DNA of 61,870 nt, the filler included, from Circinaria calcarea (Eukaryota): NCBI GenBank assembly GCA_051942165.1. It is 21 parts of 21 records of this genome, joined end to end, with 100 filler letters (N's around TTAATTAATTAA, not from the genome) between each part and the next. Parts side by side here need not be neighbours in the genome. Positions count along the whole stretch, not along the records: positions 47,296 to 50,133 come from JAVECS010003218.1; positions 50,234 to 53,071 come from JAVECS010003219.1; positions 53,172 to 56,005 come from JAVECS010003220.1; positions 56,106 to 58,938 come from JAVECS010003221.1; positions 59,039 to 61,870 come from JAVECS010003222.1; 16 more parts are not named here. The stretch is one strand, 5' to 3'. The notes beneath the pieces were generated by a model. The model saw nothing but the letters and a program-made list of their open reading frames with translations. It made no database searches and was not told the DNA's origin. The translations under genes and the position numbers were made by a program. Shown piece after piece: positions 48,682-59,271 of the stretch. Position 1 is the first letter of the stretch, and each line of letters opens with the position of its first letter.

Positions 48682-49483
48682 GTGGGATCACACGTGTACA
48701 TTGGGCCTCGGTGGGAACTGTGTGGCAGGCTTCGCTTGAGTCCGTCCAATCCCGTCTTTTGTGCTGCAATTCAACATTGCTCAATCATAGCTAGTGACAA
48801 TGTAAGGGGCTTTGGAGGAAAAGAAGATAGAATACGCTCCTATATTCTGTTCAATACAAGATTCAATTTATTTTCCGTATTGCCATAAGTAGCTAGTATG
48901 GACGTTTTAGCTCCTTTTACCCACGCTTTCATTGTTTAGACATAATCCCGGTTGCTTGGCTTAGCATCTGTTGTCACTCATCAACAGGGAAAAGTCCAAG
49001 TCACGCCGAGAGGCGCATGTTCGATAATCATTAATATCCCAACATATTCATTGTTTCCCTAAAATATTCTACCGAGCATCGCAAGAGTAGTCCTATTTGA
49101 TTAAAGAGTATAAGATGAAATCTAATACTGGTGCCTCTGTGTATCTGGATTTCGTAGCTCCATTGACCCCACATATCACTTCCTATACTTCCTCAGTATC
49201 GAATCCTTTACCAGTCGCTTCATTGCCTTTTTCTCAAGATATACAGAGAGAAATCAACACCATCTGCAACCTAGTATCTAGCCGGTCACTTGCAAAAGTC
49301 CACCTCGGGCAGGGATGACCATTCCCACATACCGCGGAGGCACGCCAGTCCCCAAAGTCTACCTTGTACTCGTGCTGATGAACCCAAGACGTTGCGGTGA
49401 CATGCCGTCGTCCGAGAAAAGCCTGCCGGATACGCTCGGGACTAATTATTTGATATGACTTCCTAAGCCCAGACTCGACTTAA

Positions 49484-49605
49484 AGGCCCCGTTCGGTGGC
49501 ACCGATTATTGAAATCGATTATTGGATAATCGATCATGAAAATCGATTATTCGCGATTATTTTGGGCGTTCGTTTGGGCGTAATTTCGAGGTGATTATCG
49601 AAATT
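49484..49605 (+). mobile_element. Possible PIF/Harbinger-like terminus with CGATTAT subterminal repeats
   Basis: TAA + AGGCCCCGTTCGG, followed by about 6 direct or inverted CGATTAT/ATAATCG copies. No partner end seen. Confidence 0.4.
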
Positions 49606-49874
49606 GGATTCCCCGCTTACAGGGGCAAATTTATAGGCTAGTTACTAGTAAATTTTCCCTTAGTATTGGAGAATTATAATAAAAATATCCTTAATTACGC
49701 ATATCTTGAAGCTATATGTAAATTAATATTACTATTATAGCTTCCACCCCTATAGACGTCTTCATTATTGATATTCTTTTCATCTTTTCTACTCTTAAGC
49801 CTCCTTCTGATAATAAGCTCTTCTGGACTCCGGCTATGGAATAGGCTTTGCTGGAAGGCCTGGCTGTAATGGCG

Positions 49875-50133
49875 CACCCCGCAGGGCTGTGCCAAGAGGT
49901 CTGAGCAATACGCGGGCTAGACGTACCGTTGGTATTAGATATACTGGACGTATTAGACGTACTGGACGTGGGTTACGTTCACGACGTCTACGACATCCAC
50001 GACATCCACCCCTTTTAAGAAGGTTCGTATAACCTCAGAAAAACCTATATAATCTCAGTTCTTTCCGTAGTATTTAACCTATATAATTAAGACCTTATAA
50101 ATATAATAATATATTTTTATTATTGTTGTTTAT
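49875..50133 (-). mobile_element. Second locus of the long-TIR element (left-end region), cut by the contig edge
   Basis: Reverse complement aligns with 37600-37860, including 9-bp subrepeats GTGGATGTC/ACGTCCAGT and ending at GCACAGCCC(C/T)GCGGGGTG. Confidence 0.82.
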
Positions 50134-51475
50134 NNNNNNNNNNNNNNNNNNNNNNNNNNNNNNNNNNNNNNNNNNNNTTAATTAATTAANNNNNNNNNNN
50201 NNNNNNNNNNNNNNNNNNNNNNNNNNNNNNNNNATTCTTCCAGCACTAACCCGACCTCCGTGGCGAGTTCAGAAATTAGATAAGACCAGGAACTCTTTGT
50301 TCGATTATATTAATCGGGCTCCCGGAAAGATTCTGCTAAGCTGTAAATAATTCCAACGCTCGTTCTAGCTTATAATTAGAACGGCCGTATATCCCGAAAT
50401 TTCTTACTTTAAAAACACCACGGCTGATTCTCACGTACGGCCAGAATAAAATTTCTTAAGCTGTTTTAATTTCCATGCTCTTCCGCAGCGAAATATTAAT
50501 AAACCACTGCATTGCTATTTTCCTATTGATGGAATTAGAAACTTATTCAAATCATTTCCTTTGATTAGCCACCGTATGCTAGTTATTGATAGTAGATTTA
50601 TGCTATCCCTACGCAGTTTAAGTGGCCGTTTTCTATCGAGCTTGGAAATTCTTGGTAAGTGGATAGGGCGGAGAGGGATTTTAAACGCATGAAAGCATAT
50701 GTCTTTAACCCTATTTATTATATTCGAACTAGCTAGAGACACGTCGACGAACCCTAAACGAGCCCAAACGAGCCGGCTCGGTCGAATTGACAAGTCCCAT
50801 TTCCACACATATTACTTAAATTCTGCTGCCCGAACTCAGCCACCTGAAATTTCCCTTTTGAGATGATATAGCCCATTCGCTTCCTTATTATCGATGTACG
50901 AAGCACTTAAGAAGAAGACATGGTATTTATAATTTGGACCTAATAGAAAAAGGGAGATGCTAGGTCTAATGGGGCAGAAAAAACCTCCGCGGAACGATCG
51001 CTCTTTCTAGGTGGTAACGGACTCTTATTCGAATAGGATAATAAAAAAGTTTGTCGGCAATCGGCAAGCTTCGGGGTGGCAAAGGCTGCCAAAGTAATGT
51101 GTTATAAAACGCTTCGTTGCAAAATAAATATATTGTTAGTGGTTGAGAGCATAATTTCCCGATCGATCCGATTTACATAATTAGGTCGTATTAATTATTA
51201 TTTTTTTATTATTATTTCGAAAATATAATTTGTGCGCAAAAAAAGCTTTGTTGTAATAAATTCGATAATCAGCTTCCCGAAAAGTTCTAGGCCCCCTCGG
51301 CCTCGGCCTTCGCGGACATGTGAACATGGGTCCCCAAAGAAGATACATAATTATTCGTTGGGACGTAGCACGTACCCAGAGCATTGTATTTCCTTCTCCC
51401 ATACTCGTTCCCTCGCAAGTGCCCACTCACACACCTCGACGCGACCGTTGACCGTTACCGCAATCTCCGTACAAA

Positions 51476-52273
51476 ATGCCCACTTATGCCATCCTCGGCG
51501 TAACGGGCTCCACGGGCGCCGAGCTCCTGAAGTACCTCCTGCCCAAACCAGAAGTCCGCCTCCAGGTGTATGCCCGCTCGGCCTCCAAGCTCCAAGCTCT
51601 TCACCCCGCCATCACCAGCGCCCAGAACGTCACGGCTTACACGGGGGACCTCGCCCAACCCGGGCTCCTCACCGATTGCTTGCGGAATGCGGATGCGGTG
51701 TTCATGGTCGTCGCCACGAATTACAATGAAGCCGGCTGCTCCATTGCTCAACAACAAGCCCACGGCGTGGTCACCGCCCTCGAAGTGCTCCGGAAGGAAC
51801 AGCCGCCAGGAGAATTCAAATGCCCGACTGCCGTCTTCCTGTCGAGTGCGTCACTCCATGAGCGCATGAATCGCGATACCCCGCGCCTGATGCTTTACAT
51901 CTTGAAGCAGGCGGTCTGTTACATGTACGAAGACGTAGAGAAAGCTAATGCGTACTTGAACGATTTCCCCTGGATCCCGCTCATCGTGGCGAATCCGCCG
52001 GCTCTGATCCACGATCTACCCCGAGGGTTTCGGCTCTCCGAAGATGAAAGTACGGGCCTGCTAGCGTATGCTGATCTCGCGCGGGCGATGGTGCAGATGG
52101 TGGAAGAAGGTGGGGGGAAGAAGTGGGTGGGAAAGAACGTCGGAATCCTTCCTACCGGAGGAAATGAGATTCAGAAAAACGTGGGCCCGTTGATCAAGTA
52201 TCTAAGTACAGGCTTGGTGGCCGCGTACTTTCCAAGCATTTCCAACTTTGCGAGGCGGAGGGGTTGGTGGTGA
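51476..52273 (+). CDS. AflX/OrdB/MdpK/AvfA-like NAD(P)-binding oxidoreductase (aromatic polyketide tailoring)
   Basis: MPTYAILGVTGSTG...YARSASKL...AVFMVVA..N...CSIAQ...VFLSSASL...Y.D..KA...L...P.ALIHD..RG..LS...YADLA.AMV follows my recollection of AflX/OrdB along its whole length. Intronless, 265 aa. Confidence 0.85.
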   Translation: MPTYAILGVTGSTGAELLKYLLPKPEVRLQVYARSASKLQALHPAITSAQNVTAYTGDLAQPGLLTDCLRNADAVFMVVATNYNEAGCSIAQQQAHGVVTALEVLRKEQPPGEFKCPTAVFLSSASLHERMNRDTPRLMLYILKQAVCYMYEDVEKANAYLNDFPWIPLIVANPPALIHDLPRGFRLSEDESTGLLAYADLARAMVQMVEEGGGKKWVGKNVGILPTGGNEIQKNVGPLIKYLSTGLVAAYFPSISNFARRRGWW

Positions 52274-52580
52274 TTCTCGGTACCGTAATGGTCAGAAATT
52301 ATAATTTCAACGAGTCCGTAATATCGTTAATTATTCTGGTATCGGATTATTTCGTGTAAGATCCCTTTTAAATAAATTATCGCATAATATAGGCTGCCGT
52401 GGCTGTTGAAAACCGGCTTTGCCGAAATAGCGAAAAAGAGCCGCATATCGTGATCGAAGAGCGCGGAGAAGGAGGCGGGGAAAGCACGCTAATTGGATCC
52501 TCTTTTCCTCCATATCTTAGCTATCCCCCTTTCTCCCACATATATTACATACATTTTCATAAATTTTACACATATATATA

Positions 52581-52682
52581 CTTGTAACGCGCGCCAGCGC
52601 GCAATGCCCTGAAACGCGTGATCTACTACTAAATACACTACAACGCGTAGAATGGAGCCCGCGCACTGGCGGGCGTTACCAG
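52581..52682. mobile_element. 102-bp MITE-like element, 22-bp TIRs, TA flanks (Tc1/mariner type)
   Basis: TA|CTTGTAACGCGCGCCAGCGCGC...GCGCACTGGCGGGCGTTACCAG|TA; 19/22 inverted match. Confidence 0.72.
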
Positions 52683-52684
52683 TA

Positions 52685-53071
52685 GTATAGTATGAATAGA
52701 GCACGCAGTATAGCATGGAAAGAGCACGCAGTATAGCATGGAAAGAGCACGCAGTATAGCATGGATCATAATATAATAAAAACACGCGGTATAGAATAGC
52801 GAAAGCACGTAGCATAGCATAGAAAGAGCATGCAGCATAGTATAGAAAGAGTAAATAATATAGCATAGAAAGAGCATATAGTATAGCACGGAAAGAGCAT
52901 GCAGCATAGCATGGAATAAGCATGCAGTATAGCATGGAAAGAGCATGCAGTATAGTATGGAAAGAGCATGCAGTACAGCATGGAAAGAGCATATAGTATA
53001 GCACGGAAAGAGCATGCAGCATAGCATGGAATAAGCATGCAGTATAGCATGGAAAGAGCATGCAGTATAGT
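52685..53071. repeat. Same TAGCA/GCATG satellite as 20790-21780; runs off the contig end
   Basis: Repeated GCATGCAGTATAGCATGGAAAGA; colinear with the contig-8 copy. Confidence 0.92.
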
Positions 53072-53171
53072 NNNNNNNNNNNNNNNNNNNNNNNNNNNNN
53101 NNNNNNNNNNNNNNNTTAATTAATTAANNNNNNNNNNNNNNNNNNNNNNNNNNNNNNNNNNNNNNNNNNNN

Positions 53172-54416
53172 AGCTGCAGCACCAGGCCTGCCGTCTTTCT
53201 AGCGGTTGTGGCTGTTGGAGCCCTTCATCATGCTTATCTCCAATCCGAAAGTGTTCAAGCAAGCTGTGACGGGCAAATGTACTCCCCCGTATTGCATACG
53301 AAGAAGTACAATAACGCTCTACAATGTCTCAACCGCCGTATCGTCAGCGATGACCCAGACATTCTAGAGGAGACGCTGACTGCTTGTTTGCTGTTCATCT
53401 TATATGATGTTCTCCGCGGTGACAACCTCGCAGCGCTTGTACATTTGAAAGGGGGCCTCCAGACTCTAAGGAGCCTTCAGGCTAGATTTTCCGCAACAGC
53501 TCAAACGGGGGTAAGGAGAGAACGGAATTCCCATAATGCATTTCTGGAGCAAGTTGCACATTGCTTCGTACGGTTGGATATCCAGGCTTCTTCATTGATT
53601 GACGGTGCAGTTACAAACTTACCCGTGAGGGTTGACGAATTTGCCATGGCGGATGAGCCGGAGCAACCTAACCATGCCTTTACTACTGTGGAACAGGCAC
53701 GGGATGGCTTGATGAAACAACTTTCAGCCATGTATGACTTCCTCCAGTTTCATTCTTCCCATTGGAGATATGAGCTTTCCACACCAACGCCTGATCATGT
53801 CCTCGCCGATCGGCAGCAACAGATGAACGAGTTAGCCCACTGGCTGCACAGTTTCTCCCTTCTCTTGCAGCACCAGCGCGGCCCCACAAACCTAGCTGAC
53901 ACCCAGTCCTGCCACATCCTAAGGATGCAGTACCTCGCTTCTCTGATCCGGCTGTCCACAAGTTTGGAACCGGAAGAAATGGCTTACGACCACTTCCTCG
54001 GCGAGTTCCAGGAAATAGTGGACCTCGGCTCATTCGTGCTGGCATCCAAAATCGGCCAAAAGGCTCAGAAATTCACCTTTGCCGTCGACTTGGGCGTTAT
54101 CTATCCGTTATACTTCACCGCCTTCAAATGCCGCTATCACCGAACCCGATGGCGGGCGATTGAACTGCTCAAGGTGGCGGGGAGGGAAGGGCCGTGGGAT
54201 GGTGTGAGAATGGCTCTGATTGCGGCGAAGATCGCATCCCTGGAGGAGCATAGAACCCCGCCTACAGCTGATCAGAAGGTGCCGGAGAATTTGAGGGTTC
54301 ATGGCGCTGTCTTTCCGATAAATGCGAATCGGGGTCAGATTGGCCTGGATTGTTGTTCCAAGGCCGGGAAGGAGTCACAGGATTGGATCTGGACCCATCA
54401 TGTGATTGATCAATGA
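53172..54416 (+). CDS. Zn(II)2Cys6 transcription factor, C-terminal regulatory region (Moc3/Upc2-like), 5'-truncated
   Basis: AVVAVGALH, YNNAL..L, LTACLLFILYDVLRGD..AALVHLKGGL, FVRLDIQA, DLGVIYPLYFTAFKCR...RWRAIELL....REGPWDG. The Zn cluster is not in the contig. Confidence 0.88.
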   Translation, partial: SCSTRPAVFLAVVAVGALHHAYLQSESVQASCDGQMYSPVLHTKKYNNALQCLNRRIVSDDPDILEETLTACLLFILYDVLRGDNLAALVHLKGGLQTLRSLQARFSATAQTGVRRERNSHNAFLEQVAHCFVRLDIQASSLIDGAVTNLPVRVDEFAMADEPEQPNHAFTTVEQARDGLMKQLSAMYDFLQFHSSHWRYELSTPTPDHVLADRQQQMNELAHWLHSFSLLLQHQRGPTNLADTQSCHILRMQYLASLIRLSTSLEPEEMAYDHFLGEFQEIVDLGSFVLASKIGQKAQKFTFAVDLGVIYPLYFTAFKCRYHRTRWRAIELLKVAGREGPWDGVRMALIAAKIASLEEHRTPPTADQKVPENLRVHGAVFPINANRGQIGLDCCSKAGKESQDWIWTHHVIDQ

Positions 54417-54636
54417 TGAGATTCAAAGGCTACTCCGACCGTGGGTATAGCGACCTCAGAGATATTTGAAATATAAGTCAGTTCAAACAAGTTTAGATCA
54501 GTCGACTTCCTAATAGTCTAACACCTCGCGCGGTCATTGGTTCATTCCACAATCAAATCTTGGACCGGTGCCTGTTATGTAAGAGTTAGCGAAACAATCC
54601 GGCAGTTCACAAATCCTCTCGTCATCCCATACCTAA

Positions 54637-55400
54637 CTATTCATCGTCACCATCATCCTCACTGTCGCTGTCATCTGCCATCTCCTTCTGGTTCGAAAAA
54701 TATTTTTGTTGTGCGGCGGCGGCAAGAGCAGTATCGTCTAGCTCTTGTCCTTCCTCGTTCCCTGCCTCGGCGCCCACTAGAATCTCCTCAAACTCGTGCC
54801 CGACTTCGGTAATAAATGCCTGCAGCATAGTCCACCGCATATAGGGGCGCGGAGTACCCCAGAACTTCTTACCCAGTTGATCCATCAACACCTTCTCCTT
54901 TTTTTCCTTGTAATTCCATGCCCTACGTAGCATGGAACAAACAAAATGAAAGTACAAGTAACGGGTCTTGGGTCTATACTCGTTACGGAATTCGACCGCT
55001 TCCCCGTCGAGGTCAGCCCACAACTTAGAAGACTCTGGAGAAATGAATGTTTTCATGTTGGGAGCTTCGTTGTCGACAACGCGAATTCTGTAAGGCTTCG
55101 CTGGCATTTGTTACCTGTCGAACCGTCATGCGTGCAATTTCTTCCCTCCCTCTCCAGTACCTGGGCCGAGAAGAATTTAGAAGATAATCCCAAACCTGCC
55201 TGCATAGACCAAACACAGTAAGAATATAAAGTAACTCACTCGAGATCGAAACTGCCGCTTGATTTTAGCCTTTCCAAAATTGACTTGATACTGCTGTTAA
55301 GCACATCTTGCTCTCTTTCCAGGTCTACCGTCTCTTCCGTACTTGGCTCCCTTTTTCTCTGAAATGAGGACCTTGGTGGTATCACGATGTTCTCTGACAT
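54637..55400 (-). pseudogene. Fungal HNH-endonuclease-like gene remnant lacking the nuclease core
   Basis: C-terminal YRIRVVD...WADLDG..VEF....RP..RYLYFHF...FWGTP.PYM plus an acidic tail. The N-terminal part (MSENIVIPP...SFDLE..YWRG) joins it out of frame near 55107; no AAHI/HxxFD core. Confidence 0.6.
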
Positions 55401-56359
55401 TGATAGCGATTCAAAGGGTCAAAATGTGATTTGGTTTGATTCGGAACTTGCTGAAGGCTATTAGGTGGGTGGGCCAATGAAGAAAAGTAAAAGAATTTTG
55501 CTGGAATACATTTCATATATATACCCACAGGGGGCACTACCTAGGCCCTTTTTAAATTTCTCCTAGCCCGTTTACGGTCTAAATTCTTATAGCTTAAAGT
55601 ATCGTGCTTTTTTTTGGAGCGGGGCAATACGAGAAGGTCGTTTTTCATCCCTTTTCTTTGGAAATTGGGCCAGATTTTCATCGGGCCGGGTTATACAACC
55701 CATAGTATATTTAGTTTTAGTAGCGTTAGGAAATTTCATCTCCATAATAAATACTGCAATATAATGTATGTCCCTGATATAATGCCTCTATAGAATAAAT
55801 CAATTATATAATATGATTAATATTTATTTATATATGTTATATTTATTCCAATAGTTTCTGAAGTAGCCTACGATATTAAAGCCAGAGCATTAGGAAACCT
55901 TATATTCAAGGGCGGACGGAAGGAGAAACCAATATAATTTCACTTACTTGAACCTACGACTTTGCATCAGTGAGACCATCCTTTTCAAGGTCCCTTCTCC
56001 CTCCCNNNNNNNNNNNNNNNNNNNNNNNNNNNNNNNNNNNNNNNNNNNNTTAATTAATTAANNNNNNNNNNNNNNNNNNNNNNNNNNNNNNNNNNNNNNN
56101 NNNNNCGATATAGGGTTTCGTAATTTATTATAAATTTATAAATAAATAATTACGGCGCAAATGGCAGAGGTTTACTATCGTAATAATATTATTTTAAATT
56201 ATTTATTTAATTACATGCGCTGTCGCTGCTGCTATAATAATTATTATAATAAAAATAATAAAAGCTGATGTGCGCAAAGTCGAAAAGAGATTTTGATTTT
56301 CCGAAAAAAAAAATTTGAAAAAAAATTTCGAAAAATTTTTAATGTTGCATTAACCTCGA

Positions 56360-57350
56360 TTCATGCCACCGTACTGGTTTTAAGCGAAAAGAGGAATGGT
56401 ATATATCGACGCATTAATCAACCTGAATCGCCCTCGTTTCTTAGAAGCTATCCTTTCCTTCTCTGCGATGTGGTTTCTAGGAGAATGCATCACGGATTTC
56501 TCGCAAGGTTTTCTGATAGGTGGCGCCGTCATGCGGATATTATCGAGTCAGTTGTTTTGACCGAGACCTTATGTTGTGCATTGGTCCGTACCTTTACCTC
56601 CGACGTTGGGAACTTCTTTACTGATTATACCGGTAATCCACTGCCTTCAAATGGCGGCAAAGTCTCAATACAGCAATCCCTTCCCCCACAGCAAATGACA
56701 TGTATTACATTGATATCATCTACGCTGCCTCTGCCGAATAGATTAGTCTCTATCTTTTTAGAAAACTGCTTAGCATTCTATGGTGCATCTGTTACATCAC
56801 GGTCGTCTATGCGATTTCGAGTTGTGGGATATAATTCATAATAGGTTTCGGGTGCGAGCAACTTGATTGATCCCTCGCGCAGATATTTCAGCCTGCCTGA
56901 CTATATGTGGTACGGTAAGTTTGATGGAGAGACTCTGCATATGCCTCTACATTTGGGTTTGTGAGGGGAAGGGACTGCTTGTATACAATGCTGGGTCGGA
57001 GTTAATATCTGTTGGTAGTATCTTCTTCCCAACATGTCTTTGGTTTGGTGATGATGTTGTCCTACCCGCTTCTCCACCTTTGTCACTGTGATATTTCTTA
57101 CAATTGAATAGTATAGTCTGGGAGTCCATCTCCTTTTTGCATCCCATTCTCAGCGTCAAGCCCTCGGGCTATGTCGGACTTGACGTATTACTCCTTGGCA
57201 AGCTTGTTGAACGGAGCACATTCCTGTATCTGACAGCCCTAGTAGTTTCTTTCCTCATCCTCCCCAAATCCTGCCTGTGGTCTCCTTCGCTGCTCTTGCA
57301 ATTCAGTCAATAGATTGACGTTCCATGGGCGCTCAAACCTATGGTGGGGG
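56360..57350 (-). pseudogene. Long degenerate reading frame with scattered stops, family not recognised
   Basis: Minus-strand frames give hydrophilic protein-like stretches broken by isolated stops, next to AT-rich mutated DNA at 56106-56350. Confidence 0.25.
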
Positions 57351-58044
57351 ATGGCTTCCGCTATTATATTACCATCCATAGCATGATCGGCATTGTATCA
57401 AGGACCTTTGCCGTGGCCTTAATGGACGTATTAGATGTCCATAAGAAATCTGCCTGAAGCCCTCCACACCCTCGAATGTTACGATTTTTGCCAGCAACAG
57501 CATAGGTTAGGTCATTGTGCATTCTGTTTCGGAGTGCAGGAGGAAGAGCCACCTTAAGTACTTCCTTGCCTCCATAGTTAGGAGGAGAGAAGGATGGGAT
57601 GCTCGCATATCAGGCCTATCGCTTTCATACTTTGAGCACCTAGAATCATACTGCGACGATACTATTGCCCCCAACTTTTAATCTCTAGCTTCCCTTGACT
57701 AGCTGTTTTCTCATCGGCAGCCAGCGGCTTTGAGCTACGATCGTCATACAGCCTGGTTATTCATACTTACTGTACAGTCCATTAGAAGCATTGCATTTAC
57801 TACTGAAGCCTCCCTGCCACTCAATCCTCGAAAGTGGGTGATTATGCAATCACGAAGAAACGATGATATACTACACATGAATTTAATGCTACTATAGGAT
57901 ATCACGAATCGACGGGAATCAAGTGATGAGCCCAAGATAGGATACCAGAAAATTTAATGTCCAAAAAGCGTTAGGTTTTCTCGATGTTTGCATTCTATAC
58001 TGAGTAGTAGGGGCAACCGCCCGGTTTCTTCTTAAATATATGCT

Positions 58045-58938
58045 TCAAGACATTCTCAGCGCTTGGATGATACTAACTGGCAGCAGAACATCCTTCCCTT
58101 TCCCTGTATTCAGCCTCGCAGCAGGATACATAAGAGCTGGTGTCGACCAACCCAAAAACAGCACCAACCAAGCCCAACCTATAGCCTTCATCCACCATCT
58201 CGTCTTCCCTTTCTTCAATATTCCCAACCTTATTGCCACCTCTTGCACCCATCCTCGAGCATAATACCCAAGGCTTGCGTAACAAAAAATCTTACGCATT
58301 GGGAATCATGAAAAGAGAGGTTAGAGGAGGAACTTCCACCGCCATGAGCAGCGACCTTGGTGAACATGTGTAGAAGACCGGAAAGGAGGAAGACCAACAA
58401 GAGATGCGTATAACGGGTGAAGAGAGTGTGTTTCGGTAGGTGGAGGAGGGATTCGGTCAAGAAGGTTGACAACGAAGTCAAGGGACGACGGAGATGTTGG
58501 TGCCAGAACGTTCTGTGGAGAAATTCAGCCGACTGTACGGAAAAGAGCACGTGTTCACAAATTGCATATACGTACCCCCAGAATCGTCGGATCGTGTACC
58601 CTTCGCTGAGTGGTCCAAAGTTGGGCCGCCAATACTTTGGATCACTTCCACACGCAACGCAAATGAACGCCCATGCACCCATGTAGCACTGCATAGTGCA
58701 ATATGATGCCGTCCAATACGCTACACCGCCTACGAGCTTCCTGATAATTTCCTCGTTTGTGACATCTCCTCATCGAATGAAGAAGGGAATCATATCTAGC
58801 CTGTAGTGGATCTGGTTCTCTGCGGGCTTCGCGCTTGACGTCGCGAGATCGAGTAGGGCGTAGGACATACAGAAGATTAGTACTTTGCGGAGGAGGAAGG
58901 AAGTTCGGGAGGGGATGTAGGCACGATTAGAGGTTGAG
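58045..58938 (-). pseudogene. TRI7/wax-synthase-type (MBOAT_2) acetyltransferase, disrupted, 5'-truncated
   Basis: WRPNFGPLSEGYTIRRFWG|TFWHQ.LR, VFLLSGLLH and FFVTQALGIMLED motifs; in-frame TGA at 58770-58772 and a 1-bp frameshift at about 58248 (EDG/VQEV). Confidence 0.85.
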
Positions 58939-59038
58939 NNNNNNNNNNNNNNNNNNNNNNNNNNNNNNNNNNNNNNNNNNNNTTAATTAATTAANNNNNN
59001 NNNNNNNNNNNNNNNNNNNNNNNNNNNNNNNNNNNNNN

Positions 59039-59271
59039 AAATCTGGAATCCCTGGGTCGGGAAAAACTGCATCAACCTATATAAGTCCCTTGGTCAGAAT
59101 GATGCTCGAGATATCTGCATCGGTGCTGCTACCGAAACCACATTGGTGTTTGACATAGCCGCCCCTACATTACCAGGCGCCTCGACAGAGAAACGCTTCG
59201 CTACTTCCAATTTGCCTTCCGAGACCACATCTAATTCAGTCCCACAAGCCTTAAGCAATCTGGAACTGTAG
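59039..59271 (+). CDS. 3' end of a probable fungal LysM-domain protein
   Basis: IWNPWVGKNCINLY...ARDICIG matches the WNP.V...C..L...C(V/I)G end of fungal LysM domains; Thr/Pro-rich tail to TAG 59269-59271. Not in the ORF track. Confidence 0.65.

Noticed and set aside
50735..50800. hAT-like end (GAGCC subrepeats followed by TTGACAAGTCCCA)
   Set aside because: Resemblance only; no partner TIR or 8-bp TSD visible.
51054..51064. TCG(N5)CGG as an AflR site upstream of the AflX-like gene
   Set aside because: Fits only the loose consensus, not TCGSWNNSCGR, and lies in repeat-like DNA; a chance match is likely.
55940..55990. tRNA or SINE B-box-like GTCGTAGGTTCAAGT on the minus strand
   Set aside because: No T-stem complement, acceptor stem or A-box. 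I found no tRNA or rRNA gene in the window.
51476..58938. Apparent biosynthetic cluster: AflX-like gene, C6 TF and TRI7-like acetyltransferase
   Set aside because: Three different contigs placed together only by length sorting.
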